NCBI GenBank assembly: GCA_963707985.1 | Contig: CAVPRW010000036.1 | Coordinates: forward strand, 1 to 62,957 | Source: an uncultured Nitrospinota bacterium | Lineage (GTDB): Bacteria > Tectomicrobia > Entotheonellia > J063 > CAVPRW01 | Direction of reading: 5' to 3' | DNA: 62,957 bases | In this document: positions 31,676-41,415 of the stretch, one piece after another | Numbering within the stretch: position 1 is the stretch's first letter | Layout: the number at the start of each line of letters is the position of its first letter | Notes under the pieces: generated by a model | What the model was told of the DNA's origin: nothing | The model's database searches: none | Seen by the model: the letters and a program-made list of their open reading frames with translations, nothing else | Position numbers and translations under genes: made by a program

Positions 31676-32847
31676 CTATAGTAAAGAGGGAGTTGAAGAA
31701 CTAATTTGCCCATCATGGAATTGGGACCAGCTGCAAGACGAGTCTCTTGTTCGTAAATGGATTGGGACAAACCATCCCTCAACCCCCAGAGAGACCTTCT
31801 ATCCGGAGGAGGGGAGAACTGGCTTTCAAAGAGCAGGACAGTTGTTCAAGTTCTTGCCAAGGGGAGCTTGCCGAGGGTATACGTGACATCCAAGACGCAA
31901 TGTAAGGCTCGGCGCAGCAGGTGGGCCACGGTGCGGATGGCCCCCAAGAAGCGAAAGGCCTTCAGCCCCCGCAACTTTGGGGGGCACCCGTTGTTGAGGA
32001 CCGCTTGGTCGTACCTGTTGGTGCGCTCGCTGGCGGTGCGCGCCGCATACAGGATCTTCCAGTGCTCGGTTCCGCGCTGAATGGGGCCAATCAGACGTGG
32101 GTACTCGGTGAAGGACATCCGGTGCGTATAGCCGTGGACCTTCTGTCCGTGCGGACACCGCTCCCGTTCGTGCAAGGAACACGGCAGGCTACAGACATAC
32201 TGGCGGCTGTCGGATTGGTAATCATAGCCGTTGGAGCGGCACAGCCGTCCACCGGGCGCATAGGGGGTGCCGTGCACATCGGGGACCTTGCGGCAGCTGT
32301 CCCACAGCTCTTGCGGGCCCCGGTGAGGTGAGACCATTTGATGCGCAGGGGCGGGAGTTGGTCTGGGGGCACCGAGAGCCACTCGGAGAGCCGCTGGTAC
32401 CCAGCGGTGTTGGCGCTGTCGACGGGCACATACTCGATCTCCAGGAGCGCCACGGTGGGCTCGCGGGGCTTGCCTGCTTGCTGGTCGTGTGGAGGACCTT
32501 AGGACCACCTGGGGAAGAGGGGCGGGTGAAGACGCAAACGAGGGTCGCGCCGATCAGCCGTCGCGTCCACCCCGGCGTCGGAATTATCAGATCGGTCGAG
32601 GCCTGCATTGGCTCGTGAGACAGCAACGGTGGGGGCCTTTGGGAAAGGCCAGGGTGAAGGCCTCCAAGGCTCGCTGGTTCAGTGTGGCTGCCTCTTTCAT
32701 GAAGGTCTCCAGGTCAAAGGGTGCGATGCTTTCCTGGGGCAACGGAAGTTTCGTTCGGCTCATAGTGGCGTGACGCTATGATGCGAATTTCCGCGATCAC
32801 CCATTGCTCAAAAAGGGCGCAGTTCTTCAACTGCCTTATAATAATAG
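31676..32847 (-). mobile_element. Internally deleted DDE transposase element (IS4/IS5/IS1182-like)
   Basis: 27-bp imperfect IRs (21/27, core AGTTGAAGAACT); C-terminal Cys-rich segment with WKILYAARTASERTN (YREK-like). Confidence 0.7.
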
Positions 32848-32934
32848 AATATTTTCTGAAATATTATTTTCTTTCAAGAAGATACAAACACAAACATAGA
32901 TTTTTTGGTTGGACAGTGGAGACGCAAGCTTGGC

Positions 32935-33264
32935 ATGAGTCCAACCGTATATACGACGTTCGACGGAATCCAAGTCACTCTGCACGCAAAGACATGGACA
33001 AAACACGTTCAAGCGCGCCGCCCAGATGTAACGGAGCCCGAGTTGGTTCGCGCTCTTCTGCAACCCGTCAAAATTTACGCCGATACCTCTTATACGGATA
33101 GACGTGTCTATCAGGGACCGCCCCGAACCTCTGGGTTTTTTCGGAACAGCTTCCTTTTGGTTGTCGTGGCATTGACTGGGGAACGGGCTGGTCGGGTTGT
33201 TACCGCCATTCTTACAGAGCAACCATATCAAGGGCGACAATTATGGCCTCCGACGACACGTTAG
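32935..33264 (+). CDS. Putative RelE/BECR-fold toxin (DUF4258/PBECR-like)
   Basis: G..VTL...TW..HV..RRPDV...L..P..IY...RVY...LLVVV...GRVVTA...G.QLW; overlaps DUF2283 by 22 nt. Confidence 0.6.
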   Translation: MSPTVYTTFDGIQVTLHAKTWTKHVQARRPDVTEPELVRALLQPVKIYADTSYTDRRVYQGPPRTSGFFRNSFLLVVVALTGERAGRVVTAILTEQPYQGRQLWPPTTR

Positions 33265-33668
33265 ACCTCGACTATGATGAGAAAAATGATGTCCTATATG
33301 CTTCCCTAGGCTCCCCGCAACCGGCAGTAAGTTATGAAATTTCTAAAGATATATGGCTCGATTATATCCCACCTAATCGAGCGGTTGTAGGGATCACTAT
33401 CCTAAGTTTTTCTCGGCATTATGCCATCCAGGATATGACGCAATTACTAGTGGTCGCGAAAAGTGTGGTAGAAAACCTTTTACACCGATATCCATCGGTT
33501 CCCTCTGGTGCGGGGAGGCAAGAGGTTACTACGGCAGTGGCAGAGAATCCATATGTGCAAACGTTCACCAGTGCTACATATGGCGCTGCACTTGAACGGG
33601 GCACAATGTATGTCGGTCCGTCCCCACTGATTAAGAGCCCTCATATACAGTTGAGTCAGGTATCCTAG
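33243..33668 (+). CDS. DUF2283 domain protein with C-terminal extension (putative antitoxin)
   Basis: LDYDEKNDVLY...EISKDIWLDY...VVGITILSFS in the first ~60 aa of 141. Confidence 0.75.
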   Translation: MASDDTLDLDYDEKNDVLYASLGSPQPAVSYEISKDIWLDYIPPNRAVVGITILSFSRHYAIQDMTQLLVVAKSVVENLLHRYPSVPSGAGRQEVTTAVAENPYVQTFTSATYGAALERGTMYVGPSPLIKSPHIQLSQVS

Positions 33669-33682
33669 GGAGTACATCCTAT

Positions 33683-34135
33683 ATGAAGTTAACGATGTTG
33701 TTAGCTGATGCTGCGGAAGCTGTGGGTGGGAAGCTTTACATCCTAGGCGGCGGCTGGTCAATTACAGGTCCACAGCCAACTCCCTCAGCTATTGCTATCA
33801 AGATTGACGTGCCATGGGACCAGACCAATAGACTCCATACCTTACGGCTTGATCTCCTAAATGGGGATGGCCAGCCTATCATGGTTCCAACCCCGATGGG
33901 AGATCGGCCAATGCAGATTATGAGCCAGTTTGAAGTTGGTCGACCGGCTGGGCTGACACCAGGGCAAGACCTCGATGTTACGATGGCCATCAATATTGCT
34001 CCATTGCCACTACCACCAGGCGGCCGTTATGTCTGGCGTTGCTTGATTAACGATGACTTCCAAGATGGATGGGAGGTGCGTTTTTCTACTCGCCCTGCTG
34101 TCCAGGAGCCCACCAATCCATTAGCCCCCCAGTAG
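33683..34135 (+). CDS. DUF6941 family protein
   Basis: MLLADAAEAVGGKLYILGGGW...VPWDQTN..H.L...L...DG...LPLPPG.RY. Confidence 0.75.
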   Translation: MKLTMLLADAAEAVGGKLYILGGGWSITGPQPTPSAIAIKIDVPWDQTNRLHTLRLDLLNGDGQPIMVPTPMGDRPMQIMSQFEVGRPAGLTPGQDLDVTMAINIAPLPLPPGGRYVWRCLINDDFQDGWEVRFSTRPAVQEPTNPLAPQ

Positions 34136-34304
34136 TTCTCTCTAACTCCACACATGATCCGTAATCCCACCTCCATGCGGGTGTGACCCGGAATGTCTGA
34201 TGTACCCGTATAAAATTATAGAGAGTGTTCACATCTATTGTTGTGCGAACACTCTCAAATTATAATGTGCAAAGTGGGGCGCTAAGGTCTTCCTGGGCCG
34301 TGGC

Positions 34305-35183
34305 TCAGTTTAACTTTTGCTTCTTGTAAGGGCCACGCAGCTTCGGTGTATGATGTACATCAATCAACCGCGCAAGGTCTTCCATCGTCCACACGTGATC
34401 GGTGACGCCAGCCTCCATGGCAGGTGTCACCTGTAGACTGCTAAGGATTCGCACAAAGTTATAATGGGCGAAGTGAAGGGCCACCGCAGCCCGTAAATTT
34501 TCGACCTTTTTTGAAAACACATTCGTCAAACGCGTGAACCGACGCATACGCATACGTATGCGCATGGTCAAATTTTGGCGTTCGACATAGCTGGTTGAAA
34601 TGTGTGCAGGATCGGGATTGCCGGCGATCGCCGTACGCTCGGCATAGGTGACTCGAGGTGGGCCATACCTACCTGGTCCAACGGGTCCCGCCTCGTAAAA
34701 TTTGACCGCCTGCCCGTAATCGACATTTGCGCCAAAGGCTTCTTCTGTGGCTTCGACGTAGACACGCAGCGCGTCGGATGAGAGCTGTACACGGTTAACG
34801 AGTCGGCTAGAGAGATCATTCATGAATGCAGAGGCCGTGAGAAGATCACGCTTCCCAACTCGATAGGTCGGAATCAGCTTGGTATCGGCATCCAGTGCCA
34901 CGAAGGTCCACATATCCCCCACACGTTCTCGATCATCCTTCTCCGTGACCCATCGTTGCTACTTGTGCACAAAGGCCCAAATCTCATCGACCTGAATTCT
35001 CCGACAGGTCAGGTGTCTCATGTGCTCATCCATGAGCGTCGCGCAGCCATCGCCCACTTCTACTAGCAGCCGTGTAATCGTGTCACGGTGTGTGTCGGTC
35101 ATGCGTTCCGTCGGGCGAATGGAGTTTCCTTCGACGAGGCAATTGATGATTTGGGTGCGACGCTCAAGAGGCACGCGATTCAT
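34305..35183 (-). pseudogene. IS1-like DDE transposase with an in-frame TAG
   Basis: CLVEGNSIR, IQVDEIWAFVHK*..., WTFVALDADTKLI, HISTSYVERQNLTMR, RRFTRLTN, VTPAMEAG; stop at 34959-34961. Confidence 0.85.
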
Positions 35184-35203
35184 CGGTCCCCTCCCTGCTT
35201 GTG

Positions 35204-35276
35204 CCTACAATATACCTACATTACACCTACAAGTCAAGAGAAATCCTTTGACCTGTGGCAACATTGTGGGTACAAT
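35204..35276. promoter_or_regulatory. Back-to-back sigma70 promoters with phased operator repeats
   Basis: Minus strand TTGACT(35237-35232)-17-TATATT; plus strand TTGACC(35248)-17-TACAAT; CCTACA at 35204, 35215 and 35226. Confidence 0.7.
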
Positions 35277-35297
35277 GATTAGACAGGAGGGCTATGT

Positions 35298-35492
35298 ATG
35301 ATGAAATCAGAATCTCTCAGGATTCGTTTAGGACCTGAAGAAAAACGGGCATTCCAGGAGGCTGCCGATTTGGCTGGCATGGCGCTTTCAGTATGGATTC
35401 GAGAGCGACTACGGAAAGCTGCACGAATTGAGCTAGACGAAGCAGGTCAGCAAATCCCTTTTCTCAGACATCATCAGGTACAAGCGGACTGA
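35298..35492 (+). CDS. Ribbon-helix-helix protein (DUF1778/MobC-like)
   Basis: LRIRL..EEK.AFQEAA..AG..LS.WIRERL; RBS AGGAGG. Confidence 0.75.
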   Translation: MMKSESLRIRLGPEEKRAFQEAADLAGMALSVWIRERLRKAARIELDEAGQQIPFLRHHQVQAD

Positions 35493-35497
35493 CACGC

Positions 35498-35593
35498 ATG
35501 GAAACAACCGCTGAGGAACTTCAAATCGCAGTCGAACGCATGCATCACTGCCGTGCCCAATTAAGTGAGGTCGTGCCGGTGTGCGAGACCTTT
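35498..35593 (+). pseudogene. Passenger hypothetical gene truncated by the IS701 end
   Basis: METTAEELQIAVERMHHCRAQLSEVVPVCETF ends at the IS701 IR. Confidence 0.5.
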
Positions 35594-36559
35594 AGCTCGA
35601 CTTTTGCCCTTTTGAGCCTCCCACTGGAATGAGAGGGTTGGGAAATCGGCCTTTCTGTGGTGAAATGGCCGCTAACCTGCCTGGCAGGAAGGCGACCACC
35701 AACCCCATAGAAGGTTCATTCCCATGAACGATTCAGCGTGTGCGATGCCGGTACTCATCATGTCCCGTCCCACGTTTTCCACCCCCGACGTATCACCGGT
35801 TTCTGGTCTTGGTGCTGGCGGCCGTGCTGACCACCAGGCGACGGACCTGCACGAATCTGCTCCGCACCGTGCGAGATCAGGCGCAAGGGGCATGTCTCGT
35901 CCCATCATCGCGTGCTGTCCCGACGCCGATGGTCGACCTGGGCACGGGCTCGCGCCTTGATTACCTTCCTGCTGGACCATGTGGTTCCGCCGGGGTCGGT
36001 GTTGTTGGCAGGCGACGATACCGTCACCGAGCATCCGGGCCCTAAAGTCTTTGGCAAGGGACGGCATCGCGATGGGGTGCGGTCGACCCACCGCTAGACG
36101 GCCTACCGCTGGGGCCACCAATGGGTGGTCGTGTCGGTGCTCGTCAAATTGTCGTTCACGACACGGCGCTGGGCCCTCCCCGTCTTAGCAGCCTTGGCCC
36201 CGCCTCCGGAGCGGGATCGTGAGCCTGGCGCACGGCATCAGACGCCCGCCCATCTCGCGCGGCTGCTGCTGGCGCGCCTGATGCCGCACGCTGCGCAATA
36301 GATTGGTCATGGTTCGTCGCCCCGTCGTCAGCAGGGCGCCAAGCAGGAGGACAAGGCATCGATGGTAGGTGGGAGTGGAACATGTGGGTCGCCACCTTGT
36401 AAGTAAGGGCAAGGCAAAATTTGCGACGTTCATGTCCAAGCCGCTTCCATGGGTCGAGTTGTCCTAGTGAGAGAGACGGTTGCTACTATTTCACCATGAA
36501 AGCCCGTTCTTCGCTACCCTCTTACCACTCTTGACGGTAAAAAGGGCAAAAGTCGAGCT
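35594..36559. mobile_element. IS701-family chimera of two convergent left ends
   Basis: Perfect 20-bp IR AGCTCGACTTTTGCCCTTTT at both ends; each end is followed by a transposase N-terminus (FSTPTYHRFLVL on plus, CSTPTYHRCLVL on minus); join near 36275-36283. Confidence 0.85.
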
Positions 36560-36640
36560 GAGGCGCAATCGTAGTATTGTCCTGAACCAATAGCGTGATC
36601 TCGTGGAAAGTCCACCAGTTCCCTGTAGGAGGCCACAAGG

Positions 36641-38221
36641 ATGTTCGTCAGTCCATATCCCGACGTGATCCTCCCCGAGCAATCGTTCAGCGATTACGTG
36701 TTCGAGCACGTCTCCCAATGGGGCGACGCGCCCGCATTCATCGACGGGCCCAGCGGTCGCACGCTCACCTTCACCGAGGTGGCTGACGGCGCCCACCGGC
36801 TGGCTTCGTCGTTGGCCGAACGTGGCTTGCACAAAGGCGATGTGTTCGCCATGTACTGCCCCAACCTGCCGGAATATGCACTGGCGGTTCACGGTGTGGT
36901 GATGCTCGGAGGCGTGGTCACGACCGCAAACCCGCTCTACACGGCTGATGAGTTGGCCTACCAACTCAATGATGCCGAGGCGACCTATGTGCTCACCGTA
37001 CCGATGTTCTTCGACAAGGCGCGAGAGGCCGCCGCCAATACGCGGGTACGGGAGATCTTCGTCATCGGCGAGGCTCCGGGTGCGACACCCTTCTCAGAAC
37101 TCCTCCGGGGTAGTGGGCACCTCCCCGAGGTTCAGATCAACCCGCGTGAGGACGTCGCTATCCTGCCCTACTCGAGCGGCACGATCGGGAAACCCAAGGG
37201 CGTGGTGCTGACGCACTACAACCTCACGGCGCTGCTGCAGCAGATCGCACCTCTCCTCCCGGACCGTGAAGACCATCGGGTGCTTGGCTTCTTGCCGTTC
37301 TTTCACATCTTTGGCCTGCAAGTGCTGATGAACAACACACTCCGCAACGGCACCACCTGCGTCACCATGCCGCGCTTCGATCTTGAGCTCTTCCTCCGAT
37401 ACATCCAGGATTACCGCATCACCCACCTTTACCTGGTGCCGCCCGTCGTGCTGGCGCTGGCGAAACAGCCGCTCGTGGACCAGTATGATCTGTCGTCGCT
37501 GCGCTACATTCTGTCGGGTGCAGCGCCGCTCGATGGTGCCATCCAGCAGGCCGTGGCGGCACGACTGCATGTCCCGGTGGTGCAAGGCTATGGCATGACC
37601 GAGACGAGCCTGGCTATCGCCCTCACCCCGCCGGACTCTGCCAGTGTCAAAGCGGGAGCAGCAGGCGTGCTGATCCCGAACCTGGAAGGCAAAGTGGTCG
37701 ATCCCCTCACCGGCACTGAAGTGGGCGTGCATGAGCCCGGTGAGTTGCTGGTGCGGGGGCCGAACGTCATGCGGGGCTATTTGAAGAATGCCGATGCGAC
37801 TGCCGTCACGATCGAGCCCGATGGCTGGCTGCATACGGGCGACATCGTCTATGTCGATGAGGAGGGCTACATCTTCGTCGTGGACCGCCTCAAGGAGCTT
37901 ATCAAATACAAAGGGATGCAGGTGGCGCCGGCTGAGATCGAAGGCGTGCTGCTGACGCACCCGGCGATTGCCGATGCGGCCGTGATTGGTGTTCCCGATG
38001 AAGAAGCCGGGGAAGTACCCAAGGCCTTCGTGGTGCTGAAGGACGCAGTTACGCCTGAAGCCATTATGCAGTATGTGGCGGGGAAGGTGGCACCCCACAA
38101 AAGGGTGCGCCAGGCCGAAATTGTCGCCGCCATTCCCAAGTCGGCCTCGGGCAAGATTCTGCGACGCGTGCTGGTCGAGAGGGAGCAGGCGCAACGTGCC
38201 CAACACAGTGCGGCCCTATGA
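36641..38221 (+). CDS. AMP-binding acyl-CoA ligase (4-coumarate-CoA ligase-like)
   Basis: YSSGTIGKPKG, LPFFHIFG, QGYGMTE, GWLHTGD, DRLKELIKYKG, PKSASGKILRR. Confidence 0.93.
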   Translation: MFVSPYPDVILPEQSFSDYVFEHVSQWGDAPAFIDGPSGRTLTFTEVADGAHRLASSLAERGLHKGDVFAMYCPNLPEYALAVHGVVMLGGVVTTANPLYTADELAYQLNDAEATYVLTVPMFFDKAREAAANTRVREIFVIGEAPGATPFSELLRGSGHLPEVQINPREDVAILPYSSGTIGKPKGVVLTHYNLTALLQQIAPLLPDREDHRVLGFLPFFHIFGLQVLMNNTLRNGTTCVTMPRFDLELFLRYIQDYRITHLYLVPPVVLALAKQPLVDQYDLSSLRYILSGAAPLDGAIQQAVAARLHVPVVQGYGMTETSLAIALTPPDSASVKAGAAGVLIPNLEGKVVDPLTGTEVGVHEPGELLVRGPNVMRGYLKNADATAVTIEPDGWLHTGDIVYVDEEGYIFVVDRLKELIKYKGMQVAPAEIEGVLLTHPAIADAAVIGVPDEEAGEVPKAFVVLKDAVTPEAIMQYVAGKVAPHKRVRQAEIVAAIPKSASGKILRRVLVEREQAQRAQHSAAL

Positions 38222-38319
38222 GGGACCGGAGCGATCGCGCTGAGGCGCCGTCCTATAGCGGTCTACAGATCAGCGTATGACAATTTTTCGACCTAACCGT
38301 TCTCCCTGGCGCTAGGTGG

Positions 38320-38348
38320 CCCTCACTCCTCTCTCCCGGAGGGAGAGG
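38320..38348. repeat. REP-like hairpin, family B, copy 1
   Basis: CCCTCAC...CTCTCCCGGAGGGAGAGG; matches the copies at 39491 and 43024. Confidence 0.6.
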
Positions 38349-38379
38349 AGGAATAGGACAATAGGAAGGAACTCAAGGG

Positions 38380-38901
38380 ATGTCCGACTTGCTACAACCA
38401 GGAGACATGCCCTCCATCCCTGGTCTGGTGGTGCCTGACGATTTCTACTGGGTCCTGCAGCACCCGGCACCCTTGGCGGGTATGCCGTATCCATCGGCCC
38501 GAACGCCCTGGCACAACCTCGCGGCCGCAGGCTTTCACCATGTCATCTGCCTTGAAGGGCATGGGCCGGCCTACGACCCTTCCCCGCTCACCGTGAGCCG
38601 GCGCACAAGCCTGCAGGACCTCTACGGCGGTGGCGTGCCGCGTGACCCGGAGCAGGAGGAAAGGCTTGTCCATGAGGCGACACAAGCCGTCTTGAGCAAA
38701 TTACAGGCGGGGGAAGGGGTAGTCGTCCATTGCGCTGGCGGGACCGGGCGTACGGGCACGGTGATCGGCTGCGTTCTACGAGTTCTGGGGGTTTCGGCCG
38801 TGCAGGTGATCACCTACCTGGATCACCTGCACCAGGCCCGTGGGAGGTCGGGCTGGCCCGAGTCCGCGTGGCAGTCTCAGGTGGTCCGGCGCGTTTCATA
38901 G
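38380..38901 (+). CDS. Dual-specificity/protein-tyrosine phosphatase family protein
   Basis: VVHCAGGTGRTG (HCX5R), LAGMPYP, ES..Q. Confidence 0.85.
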   Translation: MSDLLQPGDMPSIPGLVVPDDFYWVLQHPAPLAGMPYPSARTPWHNLAAAGFHHVICLEGHGPAYDPSPLTVSRRTSLQDLYGGGVPRDPEQEERLVHEATQAVLSKLQAGEGVVVHCAGGTGRTGTVIGCVLRVLGVSAVQVITYLDHLHQARGRSGWPESAWQSQVVRRVS

Positions 38902-38920
38902 GTGGAGGCGATGCGCTGGA

Positions 38921-39394
38921 CTATTGCTCTAGTGTGACCGTGACACCCGACTCCGACGGGAAGAGACGGACGTTACCGCTCTCACGTTCGAAGTGCACCG
39001 TCACCACGACGTGGACATTCCGTTCGTTCTTGATGATTAACGTATTGGTGCCTCGGTCGGGGCTGAGATCACCCAGAGTCCTTTTGTAGACACCAGGGAA
39101 ATCCGCCAGCATGTTCAAGTTATAGACCTCGCCCTTCACCTCCATCTCGAAAATGCTCCCCTCGTTGCCCTGAATGCCAAGCCCGCTGACCGAGAACACG
39201 TGCGTGGTGCCGTCGATCAACGTCAGCGTCCCCTTGCCCCAAGTGAAGTCAAAGCCTCCCTTTGGAGGCACAGCCGAATTGATTTTTAGCGACACCCGCC
39301 CAGCCAACCGTTGTATCTCTCCGGCATACCCTTTCGCAGCCACCAGCACCACGCTCAGCACCACGAGGACTAGCCACACACGCAGCCTCAACAT
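38921..39394 (-). CDS. Secreted hypothetical protein (DUF1134/EipA-like)
   Basis: Signal peptide; TWGKGTL...FSVSGL...GEVYNL..LADF.G.Y...IKNE.NV. Confidence 0.6.
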   Translation of the reverse strand: MLRLRVWLVLVVLSVVLVAAKGYAGEIQRLAGRVSLKINSAVPPKGGFDFTWGKGTLTLIDGTTHVFSVSGLGIQGNEGSIFEMEVKGEVYNLNMLADFPGVYKRTLGDLSPDRGTNTLIIKNERNVHVVVTVHFERESGNVRLFPSESGVTVTLEQ

Positions 39395-39490
39395 CTTCGG
39401 CTCCTTACGACTAGCGGGAAAGCGGGGTTGATACCCCGCTCAATAGGTGTCCGGCAAACTAATGGACTATGCTGATAGGATTCAATTTTT

Positions 39491-39525
39491 CCCCTCACCC
39501 TGGCCCTCTCCCGGAGGGAGAGGGG
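39491..39525. repeat. REP-like hairpin, family B, copy 2
   Basis: CCCCTCACCCTGGCCCTCTCCCGGAGGGAGAGGGG. Confidence 0.65.
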
Positions 39526-39839
39526 ACAAAAAACTAGCCAGAAAACCCGCAGGGAGGGGTACAATTGCGGTGGCACGCGCTGACTGGTCAGACGGGAATT
39601 CTGGTTAGCAGCTGATGATAACACAGTCGGTCCTTGCTTCGTATTTAAGATTCGGGCATCATAGAGTGTGCTCTGAGGCAACGCTATCAGCAATGCTGCC
39701 GGGGCAATGCGGCCCACGGACGGACGTGCCGTGGACATGGAGTGATAGCAGACATGGCGCGCGCATGGGCATCTATCGCAGGCGGGGCGGCAGCATACTC
39801 CCCCTATGACATGGTGTGAGATGGCACCCGGAGGTTATC

Positions 39840-40280
39840 GTGAGCATTGAGCAGATTGCTGCAGAAGAGGCCCAGGCCCTCATGACCCAGGATCAAAACA
39901 TCGTGTACCTGGACGTGCGAACCGTCTCCGAATTCGAGGCCGGCCATCCGCCCGCGGCCCTCAATATCCCCGTCGTGATCCCGAACCCAGCTTTGCGCAA
40001 AATGGTCCCCAACCCCGACTTCCTGGCAACGGTGGAGGCCGCTCTTCCCAAGGATGCCAGGATCATCATCGGTTGCATGTCCGGGGGACGCTCGCAGTTT
40101 GCCGCTGAGGTGCTGGAGGATGCCGGTTACCAACACGTGGCCAATCTGCAAGGGGGATTCGGCGGCGCACGCGACCAGATGGGACGGCTCGTGGTGCCGG
40201 GCTGGCAGGACCACGGACTTCCAGAGGAGGCAGGCGATGGCGGCGAGGGTAGCTATACGAACCTGTTGAAGAGGAGATAA
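39840..40280 (+). CDS. Rhodanese-like domain protein
   Basis: YLDVRT..EF..GH..AALNIP, CMSGGRS active-site loop, NLQGGF; GTG start after GGAGG. Confidence 0.9.
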   Translation: MSIEQIAAEEAQALMTQDQNIVYLDVRTVSEFEAGHPPAALNIPVVIPNPALRKMVPNPDFLATVEAALPKDARIIIGCMSGGRSQFAAEVLEDAGYQHVANLQGGFGGARDQMGRLVVPGWQDHGLPEEAGDGGEGSYTNLLKRR

Positions 40281-40284
40281 GGTC

Positions 40285-41316
40285 GTGAAATCACCGCTGC
40301 AGTTGAGTGTGCTCGATCAATCCCCCGTGCGTGAGGGAGGCACGGCGACCGATGCCCTGCATGAGACCATCGCATTGGCGGTGGCGACCGAAGCGCTCGG
40401 GTATCGGCGCTTCTGGGTGGCAGAGCATCACAATGCAGGGAATTTCGCCGGCACCAGTCCGGAGATCCTCATCGGCCAGATTGCCGCGCGCACGCGCACG
40501 ATTCGGGTGGGCAGTGGAGGGGTGATGCTGACCCATTATAGCGCCCTGAAAGTGGCGGAGAACTTTCGCGTGCTGCAGGCCCTGTATCCAGGGCGTATCG
40601 ATCTGGGTATCGGTCGCGCCCCAGGCAGCGACTCGCTCACCGCTGCCGCTCTGGCCTATCCGGGCACGGCGCGCGATGTGCGCCATTTCCCGCAGCAGGT
40701 GGTCGACGTCCTGTCTTATTTGAACGATACGGTGGAGCGCTCTCATCCATTCTCGGGCGTGCATGCCGGGCCGGGACAACCGGCGGGTGCGCCGGATGTT
40801 TGGCTCCTTGGGTCGTACGTGGAATCGGCCCATATGGCGGCCAAGATGGGGCTGCCTTTCAGCTACGCGCATTTCTTCGGCAACGGCGCCGAAAATGGCC
40901 CACTCATCGTGGAGAGCTACCGTCGCCAGTTCCAGCCGTCGGCGTCTTTGGCGGAGCCACTGGTCAACGTCGGCGTGCATGTGTTGTGCGCCGAGACCGA
41001 GGACGAGGCTTTGCGGCTGGCATCGAGCCGCAACCTGATGAAGCTGCGCAGTGCGCTGGGGGTGCGTAGTGGAGTGCCGAGCATGGAGGAGGCGTTGGCC
41101 TATCCCTATCGGCCGGAAGAGTTGGCCTATCTCGATCAGGTCAAGCGCTCGTACGTCGATGGCAACCCGCAGCAGGTGAAGGCCAAGCTGGAAGATCTGG
41201 CCGATTTGTACCAGACCACAGACCTGACGATTGTCACAATCTGCCATGGCTTCGCCGAGCGGGTACGCTCCTACGAGCTGCTGGCCGAGGTGTGTGAGCT
41301 CAAGAGCGTCCAGTAA
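40285..41316 (+). CDS. LLM class flavin-dependent oxidoreductase (YhbW/MsnO8-like)
   Basis: LSVLDQSP, WVAEHH, IRVGSGGVML.HYS.LKVAENF, GRIDLGIGRAPG. Confidence 0.92.
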   Translation: MKSPLQLSVLDQSPVREGGTATDALHETIALAVATEALGYRRFWVAEHHNAGNFAGTSPEILIGQIAARTRTIRVGSGGVMLTHYSALKVAENFRVLQALYPGRIDLGIGRAPGSDSLTAAALAYPGTARDVRHFPQQVVDVLSYLNDTVERSHPFSGVHAGPGQPAGAPDVWLLGSYVESAHMAAKMGLPFSYAHFFGNGAENGPLIVESYRRQFQPSASLAEPLVNVGVHVLCAETEDEALRLASSRNLMKLRSALGVRSGVPSMEEALAYPYRPEELAYLDQVKRSYVDGNPQQVKAKLEDLADLYQTTDLTIVTICHGFAERVRSYELLAEVCELKSVQ

Positions 41317-41415
41317 TGAGGCCCCAGTGCTTTTACCTCTGACCCGTATCCGCCTCGATGAGGGGGAGAGGCCATGAAGGGAGTGCATCCACAGTAACGT
41401 GAAAGGGTCTCCCCG

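Larger units (their letters stand above)
34294..35593 (-). mobile_element. IS1-like element with passenger genes (one end lost to an IS701 insertion)
   Basis: IR-like GGGCCGTGGCTCAGTTT directly after the transposase stop; divergent RHH gene; truncated passenger gene. Confidence 0.65.

Noticed and set aside
32935..34135. Triad as cargo inside the IS1-like element
   Set aside because: An IR-like end lies right after the transposase stop (~34294), placing the triad outside.
34959..34961. Programmed readthrough or frameshift in the IS1-like transposase
   Set aside because: Both parts are in the same frame with a single TAG at a probable Lys codon, consistent with a point mutation.
37094..38206. 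370-aa minus-strand ORF
   Set aside because: Antisense shadow of the CoA ligase.
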